Below are positions 50,860-64,000 of a DNA stretch of 64,000 bases, in pieces; position 1 is the stretch's first letter; every line of letters starts with the position of its first letter. The notes beneath the pieces are model-generated. The model was not told the DNA's origin. It ran no database searches and worked only from the letters and a program-made list of their open reading frames with translations. Source of the stretch: Octopus sinensis (lineage: Eukaryota). Where the stretch lies: positions 19,716,001-19,780,000 of the forward strand of contig NC_043000.1 in the NCBI RefSeq assembly GCF_006345805.1, given 5' to 3'. Both the position numbers and the translations under genes were made by a program.

Positions 50860-51950
50860 TTCCTGATGACAATAAAATAGTACCAAAGAAGGATAGAAGG
50901 GTGAATATTTTGCACCGTCTAATTGGCATTACTTTCTGAGAGTGAAAGCGATCTGGCATTCCGAGCTACCTCTCATCTGAGTGGCAACGGTCACAGCTTC
51001 ACGGGAATCCTATACTCGATACCTACGTAAGGAAGGTCAAAGAAAAAAAGAGAGTGTTTCCAAGTACATTATTTATCATCGGAAACACGCAATGAATTAA
51101 TTGCTTTGTACTCTGATCTTCTTTAGAAGCATATGTTCTCTAAAAGACCAAGGGTTAAATACAATTCAGTTATAGTTGATGCAACATCTGATCCTGCACA
51201 TGCTGAACAGACAACATCTATGATGTTGCCTTCAAAGTATAGATTGAGTGTGTATGATTCAAGAGAGACTTCTATATTTTGAAGGAAGGAAATTTGTTTA
51301 GAAAAAGTAGTAAACTTGATAAAGGAAACATTGAGGGGAAATGGTGGATGGAAGCACTCCGTCGGTTACGACGATGAGGGTTCCGTTTGATCCGATCAAC
51401 GGAACAGCCTGCTCGTGAAATTAACGTGCAAGTGGCTGAGCACTCCACAGACACGTGTACCCTTAACGTAGTTCTTGGGGATATTCAGCGTGACACAGAG
51501 AGTGACAAGGCCGGCCCCTTGAAATACAGGTACAACAGAAACAGGAAGTAAGAGTGAGAGAAAGTTATGGTGAAAGAGTACAGCAGGGATCACCACCATC
51601 CCCTGCCGGAGCCTCGTGGAGCTTTAGGTGTTTTCGCTCAATAAACACTCACAACGCCCGGTCTGGGAATCGAACCGCGATCCTACGACCGCGAGTCCGC
51701 TGCCCTAACCACTGGGCCATTGCGCCTCCACGAGGGGAAATGGTATTCTCATAATGGCAACCAAGTACGAAGAAATACAAAGGATATTAATTAATAAAAT
51801 TACCGTGTCGATGCCAAACATTGTACCTATGTGATAGAGTTTCAGCAGAAAACAGTAACCTTTTACGGAACAAATGCGAGTGTTTACAATTCCATAAAGT
51901 TGGCGAATTCTTCTGACACACTGACATGATCTCAATCATATATCAACATC
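50860..51950 (+). mobile_element. hAT transposase remnant interrupted by SINE E
   Basis: LHRLIGITF..DLAFRA and SVIVDATSDPAHAEQT (cf. FSIIVD-T-D-SH-EQ). Confidence 0.7.
51346..51731 (-). mobile_element. SINE family E head/core with tail T2 and 13-bp TSD
   Basis: GAGGGGAAATGGT at 51333-51345 and 51732-51744; A box TGGCCCAGTGG, B box GGTTCGATTCC. Confidence 0.9.
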
Positions 51951-52054
51951 CTTGTGGTCAGATGTGATAGTAAGAATTCATTTGCATCAAATCTCAATAG
52001 TATCAAGGGGGATGTTTTGAAACTTAAGCTGATGCCAAAGACCAGAAGTGAAAT

Positions 52055-52490
52055 AACATCCATCCATCTTCTCCGCCTACTGTTACAAGGAGGGTTTGGA
52101 CGGGGTAGAGTCCTCAGGCACTTTCTCCATGGATACGATCAGAATCAAGTGTCATTATACTTTTCGGCTGGATTCCCAAGCGTGAGCAACAGAAACCACG
52201 GATATTATCCAACCATCTCGTTCTTAGTTTAACCCTAGGCCTCCTACCAGTTGGCTCGACATAAAGAATCCATCTTGCGATTCTTTCCTGCGACAAGCTA
52301 TTCACATCTCCGTTGAATCGGAGCGGTGGCCTCTCACAGCGAAGAAGTAGCGGCTCGACCTGGGAGACTCCCTGATCTCCGAGCTTTACACCCTATTAAG
52401 CAACGTTGCTCCAAAGATCCCATTTCGGCCGCTTGTATTCACGATCATGCTCTTTCGGTCATTACTCAACATTTATGATCATAAGTGAGG
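52055..52490 (-). mobile_element. RTE-clade (Rex3/Expander-like) LINE 3' end
   Basis: ERIARWILYVEPTGRRPRVKLRTRWLDNI...SRLGIQP followed by a (GATG)n tail. Confidence 0.8.
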
Positions 52491-52500
52491 ATAAAAAGGT

Positions 52501-52815
52501 AGACCCCCTTCAGTCATGAATGACTATGGGATTGCACCTAGAAAGTTCCCCTCCGAGGCACAAGTCCATGCAGGGTTGCTTATGGTAGACCAGCAGTCAC
52601 CCATACATACCAGCCTCCTCTCTCTACGCCACCGATGTTATCCAAGGGAAAGGCAAAGACTGATATAGCTTGGCTCCAGTTCGCTGATTTCTACAGCTGA
52701 GCGAACTGGATCAACATTGAATAAAGTGTCTTGCTCAAGAACATAGCACACAGCCCGGTGCAGGAATCGAACTCACAGCCTCATTACTGAGATCCCCACG
52801 CTCTAACCACTGAGG
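52501..52815 (-). mobile_element. CORE SINE family A with tail T1
   Basis: Reverse complement of the 594-915 type. Confidence 0.8.
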
Positions 52816-52927
52816 AGACTTATTTTACAGTTATTTGTGTTGTACTTAACGTATAGTGCCTACTTTCTACAGTAAGCCATACCACTATGCGGAACTTACT
52901 TACAACTAGATTGATTGTACAGCCGTA

Positions 52928-53145
52928 CGAGGGGGTGCTGAGAAGTTTCTGGCTTCGGGTAAAAGAAAATACAGGAGGATCAGTTAAATATAATTTTATT
53001 CAACATATTCTCCTCTCAGATTCACACACTTATTACAGCAGCCCTTCAGTTTTTTTTAAGTCCTGTAAAAGAACACAGAAGGCTGAGTCTCAAACCAGGC
53101 CTTTCGCGATACCCGTGAAGCCAGGAACTTTTCATCACCCACTCG
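52928..53145. mobile_element. Mariner-derived MITE
   Basis: TIRs CGAGGGGGTGCTGAGAAGTTTCTGGCTT versus CGAGTGGGTGATGAAAAGTTCCTGGCTT (24 of 28 identical); TA on the left. Confidence 0.8.
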
Positions 53146-53694
53146 GACATTACCATATTACAGTAAGTTATATCACAATGTGGTATCTAGAAAATCACAA
53201 GAACCTCTCTTATAACCCGTTTTTTTTTTTTTTTCAGTCTATTCCAACAGGACAATCCAGTAATCTCTACAAAACATACAGCCAAACTCATATGAATATA
53301 ATAACACACATCTTCCTTAAACTAATGAAACAAAATATTACATAAAAATCATATTGCAAGGTCGTCTGGCAACATTAGCTAGCTTCACTATTGAATAGGA
53401 ATTCAGCCGAAAAATTGATTACTGATATATCATACAAAACTTAGCTTATAAAAAGACACACAAAGTACTCCTCGGAGAAAAAGTTTAAAATCCGTCTTAA
53501 TCTTTGGTAATAGATAAATATTTAAGATGACGCAGTTTTGGGATTTTAATAATTGATGGGTGGAGTCCTAAAACAGTCTTGCACTGCGTGAGAGCGTGTG
53601 TGTGTGTGTGTGTATACAGTAAAATATGTGTGTGTATGTATATATACATATATGTGTGTATGTACAGTAAAATATATGTGTGTGTGTATGTATA

Positions 53695-54211
53695 TCTATA
53701 TATATAAAACTGTAGTTGTGTGAGTGTCTGCCTCCTACGATTTAGATTCCTAACTCCTCCCACATTTTGCGGTGCAGTTTAACCAAATTCGGGTATCTTA
53801 TAGTCGTGATTAATATCAAGCCCGTCTGGCTATTAGCGCGCGTCTACGATGAGTCTACGATTTTAAAAATAATTTAACATCATTTTTTATTCCATTTTAA
53901 TGCATAATTTTTCGTGTGTCGATGGCGGCGGAGTTGGCGTCCACGCTCAAACACCTGCACCTGTGTTTGCTTCTCCCCCTTCTTCCCTCCCTCGTGAAGC
54001 TGTGGGGAAGGGAGTTTAAGGAAATCAACGTCGTAATGCGTTGTCAAGGAGACCAGCGTTCTTTTAGAACAACGACTTCATGGCTTGAAGACACCAAAAC
54101 AGAAATGGCTAAGAAAGCCCGAATTGGCATCTATAAAGGAAGTAACTCTCTAAAAATGCTTATATAGTTATTTCCCTTACAAACCCGAGCAACGCCGGGC
54201 GATACTGCTAG
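53695..54211 (+). mobile_element. Non-autonomous Helitron, copy 2
   Basis: A|TCTATATAT start, CCCGAGCAACGCCGGG hairpin, CTAG|T end; near-identical to 45752-46264. Confidence 0.85.
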
Positions 54212-54717
54212 TATATATATACACATATATGTATATATTTGTGTGTGTGTGTGGTTCAGAATTATACAAAAAACATATAAAAAAATAATATATACAAAAA
54301 ATATAATACACACGTGCGCGTGCACGCACGCACACACACACATAGACAGACAGGTAGACAGAGAGGCAGACAGACTAACAGACAGACAGATCTTTCACAC
54401 GACAGCCCTAAATCGTGCTACAATACAAATGTTTAAGATGATCCGTTGACTTGAAAAACGCAACAAGAGCTCATCTAAAACACGATGTGTGTGTATGTGT
54501 GTAGGATGAACACATACACGCACATATTCACACTCTCATATACTTGTGTTTTTTTATCTCAGAAAGTAAAGAGAAAGTCCTCGATAGATATTGTTGCACA
54601 GTAGTTCTCAACACTTCTTTTCACCAAAAGGTATTTTGTAAATGCCTCCACTACATCTTTTGCAAAAGAAGTAGATTATTTAACCAAACAGAAGCAAATT
54701 TTGTGACATATAATATG

Positions 54718-54948
54718 TGTTTCTTTATTACCCACAAGGGGCTAAACATAGACGGGACAAACAAGGACAGACAAACAGATTAAGTCGATTACATCGACCC
54801 CAGTGCGTAACTGGTACTTAATTTATCGACCCCGAAAGGATGAAAGGCAAAGTCGACCTCGGCGGAATTTGAACTCAGAACGTAACGGCAGACGAAATAC
54901 GGCTACACATTTCGCCCGGCGTGCTAACGTTTCTGCCAGCTCGCCGCC
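54718..54948 (-). mobile_element. SINE family C with 16-bp TSD
   Basis: TGTGACATATAATATG at 54702-54717 and 54949-54964. Confidence 0.9.
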
Positions 54949-55299
54949 TGTGACATATAATATGAACAGATCAAAGCTATCAGTCAGATAATCAATGTTT
55001 GCCTACTCTGTAACAGAACCTTAACAAGAAGTGGTGTCAATGACAAAGCTAAAAGCTGAAATGCTTGGAGAAAACCAAATCTATAAAGCACTAAACATAG
55101 GCGCAGGGACATAATGTGGCATAATCGACCTTATAGCATAAATGTAATCATAAATAAAGCCATGATCGTCGTGAGACTGATAAATATAGTATCATTCCTT
55201 TCCACTCTGCTAGGCTCACGATCACATGCCCAATCACGCTAAATGCAAAAGCACGCTCCTTCAATAACTCTCTAACAATCTTCGCCAAATTCCACCATA

Positions 55300-55780
55300 A
55301 AATAGTTATATGACTGGAAATGCGTAATATGAGGATGTGCGGTGAGCAGTCGCGATGCGGCAGTCGAAAGACACGTTCGATGCGGAGACGATAGCAATTA
55401 GATTCGAGGATAAGAAAGAAATCAAGGATACTTGAAGTGTCTGTGTATTAGTCAGGGATGCGTGTATAGAATGAAACTAACTTTTGTAGACAAGTAAGGA
55501 TTGCTTAAAGATTCGGTTTCTACGTCGGCGACATCATCGTAGGGTGACCGTGAGAACTAAAAGCCGTCGTCACAGAGAACAATGAATTCAGAGAGGGGTA
55601 AATGACAAACATGACAATTGAAGTGAGATAGATGCTCTCAGCGAAGGGCGAAGTATGATTTCAGGGAGTGGTAGAAAAAGAGAAATATTTCTAAAAGTAG
55701 GGAGGTAGAGAAACTTTGAACCAGAGTAAATGGAAGTCGTTGCTGATATCCAGGTGAAAGAGTTGAGTGGCATCTACATA
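55300..55780 (-). mobile_element. Highly decayed LINE apurinic endonuclease fragment (CR1/Jockey-type)
   Basis: Minus strand TRIPD...SSILDFFL and LLWFKVSLP resemble FPTRIPD...SLLDLFLT endonuclease blocks. Confidence 0.45.
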
Positions 55781-56049
55781 TGTGCAGACATCACGTTTCA
55801 CTTTGAAGTTTGATTAACAGAGTATGCGCAAAGACTACTATATATAAGTGTGTGTGTACTGGTCGTCTTCTGTACACACCCACTCACTAACACAACTATA
55901 TGAGCGAGATTTGAAATATGGACTCGTACAAGACCCTTCACAGACGTCATTTTAAGAGTTACTGAAAATGCTACAGGGATTCAGGGAAGACAGGCTTTAG
56001 TTGCACCTTAACCAATGGTTGATTAGTTTCACATCCGCTTATATCTCGA

Positions 56050-56318
56050 GCACACTGCTTTATAGATATTATTTATTGATCGACAAATGTTTTGGATCAA
56101 TGTGTGTGTGTGTGCTATGTATGTATGAATGTATGCATATACATACAATATATATATATATATATAATATACATACATAGATAAATATATAATACGTATA
56201 TATACGTATATATACATTTACATATGTGTATGTATATTCGTGTTGTAATCCATATCTTCGTATATATAACACACACAAATATATATATATATATATATAT
56301 ATATTAATATATATATAG

Positions 56319-56352
<34 letters not shown>

Positions 56353-56408
56353 ATGTATATATATATATATACATAAATACAATGTACGTGGGTGTGCGCA
56401 TGTGTACG

Positions 56409-56482
<74 letters not shown>

Positions 56483-56518
56483 TGTAGTGTATATATATAT
56501 ATATATATATATATATTG

Positions 56519-56575
<57 letters not shown>

Positions 56576-57000
56576 GCACATACATGTACATAATATATGC
56601 AAAACAAATGTATGTTTAAATATGTGTATATATTATGCACATACGTAGTGTGTATGTGATCTTTTCCGCAGCCGAATGACATCACCAAACGCCGATATAT
56701 AATAATGCACTTAACTACGAAAAAAATATACACATACTAGCACACACACACGCACATAAACACACATAAGTACATACATAAATGTATATATATATATATA
56801 ACACTCAAACATTTATATTGTGTGTAATAAAGTGTACACGTATATGGACGAAAATGCGAGTATATATGAGAAAGAGAGCGATAAGTAGTGATATATATAT
56901 ACATACATAATTCATATACTTGTGCATTTCTGCATAGAGTTTAGTGCATGGATATGCATGCATAGAAGTATATATATAAAGATATCAGACAGACAGACAG

Positions 57001-57041
<41 letters not shown>

Positions 57042-57699
57042 AAGAAAGAAAGAGAAAGAGAGACAGACAGACCAATAGAGAGGGATCACCAACGCACACA
57101 CACATTATATATATACATATATATATTATATATATATTATAATATTATATATATATATATTATATATATATATAATATATGCATCAAAATTGTTTCTACT
57201 AGTGTTGTAAAGGAAACAATATACGAAGAAAGAAATGTATACATACATTATACATAATATATATATATATATATATATATAAAGCGAGCGCGCGCGCACA
57301 CACACACTACACATGCATTCACACAAAAGACAAGACAATAGTCACCAAAATGCTGGTGGTGCTGTAATTAAGAGAATTAATGTGGAGTCTCCTCCGTCCA
57401 TCCGATTGAAAAAGCCATCAAGAGAAAGAAAAAGTCGTCGATTTGCTGTCGTTTGGTGTATTAAATGTTTGGCAGCCATAGCCGCCTTTTCTCTCTACAT
57501 ACGCTGCTACACACGTGGATATAACACGCATATACGTATACATATATATATATATATTCGTATATATTTATACACACACATACATACACACATACATACC
57601 TACACACTACACACATACATACACACACACATACACACGTACATACATACATACATACATACATACATACATACACACATACACACATACATACATACA

Positions 57700-57736
<37 letters not shown>

Positions 57737-57900
57737 ATGAGATAGAGAGAAGAAAGAATAGAGATCGAGTATTTGAAACAACGTAACAGAATTATGTATT
57801 TAGAGAAAAAGTGAGGCAACTATATATTGTATAGATACGTGTATACTACACACATATATATATATATATGAATACATACATATTCATATTGTTGTACACA
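56050..57900. repeat. Dense TA/CA/GATA/CATA microsatellite field
   Basis: Direct reading. Confidence 0.85.
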
Positions 57901-58234
57901 TAGACATACATAAACCGCCCTCATATACGCCGATTCGCACACAGACACACACGTATACATATTGACGCACTCATTCTCACATATAGCTACACACCAACAC
58001 ACACACATACGCACAGACACTCACATGCCGCCATCATTGTAGCAGCAGAAGCACCACTGTTGTAGCTGCAGTGACGACTACTGTCGCATTGCAGGTGTGA
58101 ACTGACCAATGAAAAACGTCGTTGCTATGGTTTCAGTTATAAATGTTGGCGCCCTAACACTGAGCAGACGCACCGCAGCACACCTTGTTTTATACACTTA
58201 CGCATACAATTACATAGATATTTACACACACACA

Positions 58235-58857
58235 CATATATATATATATATGTACATACACGCATACATAATTCTTTTTTTTTAATTCTCTCCATCTCTT
58301 CTTTTTTTCTCTTTCTCTTCATCATCTAACGTTGACGCGCGTAATAGAATAAGACAGAGAAAAAGAGAAAGCTACATAGTGAGTGGGTGAACAAAAAAAA
58401 AAAAACGATATAGTGATATATTTAAGGGGAAATGATAGAAAGAAGAAAAATGAAGGATTAAAAAGAGAGAGAAGAATGTTTTTTTTTTTTTATTTTTTAA
58501 AATGCAACAAAAAATAGTCCACTTTGCCGCGTTACAAATGACGCTATTACTGTTGCTTATTACGATATTCGTAATGATGATCATTATTGCCGTTATTATT
58601 TCGATTAATGTTGATTCTGATCATGATGATCAACACTATTGCTATCATCGATCAATATTACTATTATTATTATTATTATTTTTAATGTTCGATTAAATTG
58701 AGAGAAGGAATAACAAGGGGGGAGGAGGTGTTCCTTTTCCAGTATTAAATAAAACCTGCAATTTGTTATTACTGATTCTTAATGGCTTCTGTTCAGTTGA
58801 AACCTAAAAAGTGATATAGAGCAAGCTTCCGAATCACAAAACTAAATTAAAATAATA

Positions 58858-58899
<42 letters not shown>

Positions 58900-59752
58900 T
58901 GTGCGTATTTGTTTTATTTTATTTTTTTTTTCATAAATCTACTCTAATTTCCTGCAATTCGATTTTTTTTTGTCTTGTCTTTCTCTATGGCAGTCAGGAT
59001 TTTAATAAATCGTTTACATGACGGGGGGGGGGTAAAAATGGAGGGAAAGCATTGAAAGAGCGAAATAGATAAATAGTATATATAGAAAGGGGAGTAGAAG
59101 AGAGATAAACTAGATAAATATAGAAGTAGAAAGAGAGCAGCCAGGAATGGGATATCGATAATTGGGGGAGGGAGCCGTAACGCGGATGAATATCAACTGC
59201 ATCAGTAATAAGTACCCAATACATTTGAGCATACGCGTATTATATTGCGGCAATGTTGTATATGTATATATATATGTGTGTGTGTGCGTGTATATATAAT
59301 ATGTGTGTGTATATATGTGTGTGTCTGTGTATGATGTATACACACATACATACAGATATGTGTATGTGTGTATACATATTCATTTATAGTTTCTTCATAT
59401 GAAGTCAAGCTTTGACACGGTATATATATATATATATATATATATACATACATACATACATATATTTACATATGTATATATATACATATTTATATATATA
59501 TATATATATACATATACAATACATATTTGTGATAAATGTGTGTGTGTGTTTAAGGAGATGTGTGTGTGTGTGTGTGTGAAGACACATGTTGAAATTGTAG
59601 CACACACCCTTATATACCGGCAAAAATATAATCTATATCTGTGTGTATATGTGTTTAATAGAACACAAGTAACGTTGTCAAATATGTGTTTAGACAAACA
59701 CATACAGGAACCATACCACACGTGTGTTTGGTTATACGAACAGGAACATACA

Positions 59753-59784
<32 letters not shown>

Positions 59785-59843
59785 CGTGTGCACGCGCGCA
59801 CACAGAAAAATACATACATAGCATATGTAAACTTACAAAATGT

Positions 59844-59874
<31 letters not shown>

Positions 59875-61010
59875 GTACATACACGCATACATAATCTTTT
59901 TTTTTTAATTCTCTCATCTCTTCTTTTTTCTCTTTCTCTTCATCATCTAACGTTGACGCGCGTAAATAGAATAAGACAGAGAAAAAGAGAAAGCTACATA
60001 GTGAGTGGGTGAAGCAAAAAAAAAAAACGATAGAGTGATAATATTTAAGGGGAAACGATAGAGAGAAGAAAAATGAAGGATTAAAAAGAGAGAGAAGAAT
60101 GTTTTTTTTTTTATTTTTTAAAATGCAACAAAAAATAGTCCACTTTGCCGCGTTACAAATGACGCTATTACTGTTGCTTATTACGATATTCGTAATGATG
60201 ATCATTATTGCCGTTATTATTTCGATTAATGTTGATTCTGATCATGATGATCAACACTATTGCTATCATCGATCAATATTATTATTATTATTATTATTAT
60301 TTTTAATGTTCGATTAAATTGAGAGAAGGAATAACAAGGGGGGGGAGGTGTTCTTTTTCCAGTATGAAATAAAAACCTGCAAATTTGTTATTTACTGATT
60401 CTTAATGGCTTCTGTTCAGTTGAAACCCAAGAAAGTGATATAGAGCAAGCTTCCGATCACAAAACTAAATTAAAATAATATGTGTGTATGTGAGAGAGAG
60501 AGAGAGAATGTTTTTTTTTTTTTTTTTTTTTCATAAATTTACTCTAATTTCCTGCAATTCGATTTTTTTTTGTCTTGTCTTTCTCTATGGCAGTCAGGAT
60601 TTTAATAAATCGTTTACATGACGGGGGGGGGGGTAAAAATGGAGGGAAACATTGAAGCGAAAAATAGATAAATAGTATATATAGAAAGGGGAGTAGAAGA
60701 GAGATAAACTAGATAAATATAGAAGTAGAAAGAGAGCAGCCAGGAATGGGATATCGATAATTGGGGGAGGGAGCCGTAACGCGGATGAATATCAACTGCA
60801 TCAGTAATAAGTACCCAATACATTTGAGCATACGCGTATTATATTGCGGCAATGTATGTATATGTATATATATATGTGTGTGTATATATATATATAAATA
60901 TATGTGTGTGTCTGTGTATGTATGTATACACACATACATACAGATATGTGTATGTGTGTATACGTATTCATTTATAGTTTCTTCATATGTAGTCAAGCTT
61001 TGACACGGTG

Positions 61011-61051
<41 letters not shown>

Positions 61052-61343
61052 TTTACATATGTATATAATACATATTTATATATATTATTATATACATATA
61101 CAATACATATTTGTGATAAATGTGTGTGTGTGTGTTTAAGGAGATGTGTGTGTGTGTGTGTGAAGACACATGTTGAAATTGTAGCACACACCCTTATATA
61201 CCGGCAAAAATATATCTATATCTGTGTGTATATGTGTTTAATAGAACACAAGTAACGTTGTCAAATATGTGTTTAGACAAACACATACAGGGAACCATAC
61301 ACACGTGTGTTTGGTTATACGAACAGGAACATACATACATACA

Positions 61344-61375
<32 letters not shown>

Positions 61376-61447
61376 CGTGTGCACGCGCGCACACAGAAAA
61401 ATACATACATATGCATATGTAAACTTACAAAATGTCACACACACACA
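58235..61447. repeat. Direct tandem duplication of a ~1.62 kb segment
   Basis: CTAACGTTGACGCGCGTAA at 58326 and 59947 (period 1621); collinear throughout, differences mostly in homopolymer and microsatellite length. Confidence 0.9.
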
Positions 61448-64000
61448 TGGATAACATGTAGCACGTACATAGTTATAGTGAAGACAGTGTGCCTCATAAA
61501 AGTTAAAGACACTCCCTTTATTGATAGCTTCACTCCAACATACTCCCCCATCTTTTTCAAATCTTTTGACTTTCTTCCTCCCACTCTTTCCTTCTTCCCT
61601 CTCTCTCTCCCTCTCTCTATCGCTCTCTGCCTTTACCTTGCTCTTTCTATCATACTCTCTATTTTATCCTTTACACTCCCTCTTGTGACTTCACTCTTAC
61701 TCTATTTATTGCTTCTTTATCGATCAATGCCTTTTCTCTCTCTCTCTCTCTATCTTCTCTTGTATTCTATCGATTTAATCTACCTTATTCTCTTTTCCTT
61801 TTTTTTCGTATCTGTCTATTTGTCTTAATCTTTTACTCTCCTTGCTAACGCTTCATCTATCTTTGTCACCTTTTACTTTCTAACTCTTAAATTTAATTCT
61901 TCTCTACATCATCTCTCTCTCTCTCTCTCTCTTTATCTATCTATCTCTCTCTCTCTCTCTCGTCTTTATCTTAGTCTATCTCGTGTCCATCCGCGATCAA
62001 ACTCTTCAGAGACAATCCCCTTCCTCCTCCTCAATCTAGGTAGAATAAAGTAAGAGTAATGGGAAGAGGACTTTGCGTATATATGTGTATATGTGTGTCT
62101 ATGTATGTATGTATGTATGTGTTTTATATGAATGTGACGTAGCTTCTAGCTGTCATACACCATAACCCATTATGTCACACTATCAACAGCGTGTACACAT
62201 GTGTGTGCATGTGTATCAGTATAGCCATGCGTGTGTTTGCTTAATACGTAAATGTATGCGTCGTGTGTGAGTATGTACGCGGCTTTATCGATGAGTGTAT
62301 ATACGTGTGTCAGTATCAATGCGTTACACTGACAACAGCAGCAGCAACCGTCGCAGTACCAGCACTAGCAGCAGCAACAGCAACAGTATGTAGCAACACA
62401 GCAGCAGCAGCCACCACCGCCATTTTGTCACCATCAACGACGCCGCTGTCGCCATCTTGTAAATTCAACAGTCAAGATTCCCCTACGAGCTCTATATTAC
62501 TAGTCGTATCTTTTTTTTTTTAATAAAAGACAACCCTCTCTATTATACTATAGTAAGGCAAGCCAGTGTAAAACAGGTTATAGATAGAGAGAAAAATAAA
62601 TAGTAGATACTACTACTACTAGTCGTACTAAGACTAGTAGTACCTTCTTTTGTAATAAAGTTTGCACACCCATTTTTCCCTCCCTTTACAACCTTCTACC
62701 TATCTATCTCTATCCCTCTTTACTACTCCGGTTATTCCTCTAGTATTTACTCTTACTTCCTCCCCTTACTATTCCTATTCCCCCTCCTTTTCTGCTTCTA
62801 TTTTATCCATCTCCCTCCTGCATTACATACACACCCTTTCTGTTATACTATAACTTCTCCCATTCCTCCTTTGCGACTATCTCAGTAAAACACACTCTCT
62901 CTCAGTCTCTCCGATTTATCCTCGCACACTCTCTATTGCACTATAGCTTTCATCAGTACCCCTCTGTATTTCCTCGTTACTCCTCCTTTCATTACTCATA
63001 CACATACTCTCTCTGTGTTTTAGTCTATCGCTCTCACTTCCCAGTCTATCTATCACTGTATCTCTCTCGCACACTCTCACTCTCTCTAACCAGTTCAGTT
63101 TAAGGGACGGCGGCTGTCTTAACTCTTATATTACATTACAACAGTAAAAGAAGCCAGCCACTGCTCACCTCACACCCGGCTTATTATTATTATTACAAAA
63201 TACCCCTTTTTTTTTTCCATTGATAATTAACACTATGGTAAGTTGACACTTGTTTATTCTCTTCTTTTCAATCATTTCTTCAGTGTAACAATCAGTATTT
63301 CTTGTACAAAATGACACACACACATTTATATAGATTCGTTATCGTCTGCTGACATCTTGTTGCTTTTTTTTTCCCCCCTTCTTTCGCTTTTTACCGTTTG
63401 ATGGATGGAAAAAAAAAGAAAATTTTTCATTGAGACCAAGTCATCATAGATATATAAAGACAATTCGTACATATAAAATGTATCTTCGATCTTGTTTCAA
63501 TAAAAAAAATGAGGCGGGGAGACTTTTTTTCCTTCTCTTTCGATTCCATATTTCAACAATGTCTTCTCTCCTCAACCCATCAAGACCTTTATATATACAT
63601 ATAAAACATATATATATACCTATATATACATACATCTGTCCGTGTTATTTAATATATTAATTGCTAATTATGCGTGTGTATGTCGTATCATGCCATGGTC
63701 TTACAAATTTTTGAGAAATATTAGACAATTTGTGACAAAAAAAGGTCATCGAGTTCCCTCAACTGAGATCGAACCCAGATCTTACTGCTTGTTATGCATC
63801 CATATATATATATATATATGTATAATATTGTATGTGTCGGATATTTTGTAAGCTGATACATATTGTAAATGGACTTGGGATTAAATGGTGTTCAATATTT
63901 CGGCATCATACACGCTTAAGATAATTTAAACGCATATATATGTGTAGAATGTATGTAGAATGTAGCAGCTATATAAAATGACAGTCTGATTTTATACATA

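Noticed and set aside
61307-61828. Hydrophobic 173-aa membrane-protein-like ORF
   Set aside because: Translation of CT-rich low-complexity sequence

Overview
Repeat-saturated eukaryotic DNA, most consistent with a coleoid cephalopod (Octopus-like). That assignment is an inference from the tRNA/CORE SINE families and dense TA/CA/TATG/GATA microsatellites. No intact protein-coding gene is supportable; nearly all long ORFs in the track are microsatellite artefacts. The window is a layered TE graveyard: dozens of SINE copies (modular head/core/tail families), two decayed Penelope-like elements (RT plus GIY-YIG), LINE remnants (RTE, L1/Tx1, CR1/L2-type), DNA transposon remnants (maT DD37D, mariner, hAT, Merlin), MITEs and two non-autonomous Helitrons. 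The best lead is a set of minimal type I hammerhead-ribozyme motifs from at least three unrelated Penelope-type terminal-repeat families. One (20126-20163, minus) has a fully canonical catalytic core; the others have variant cores and palindromic stems. Also notable: a CpG-rich NRF1/ETS/YY1 promoter-like island near 41 kb behind a diverged 64-bp minisatellite, a 289-bp foldback, and two recent-looking tandem duplications (~830 bp and ~1.62 kb) that may partly be assembly artefacts. Family labels A-E and T1-T3 are my working names. All protein motifs were read by eye.
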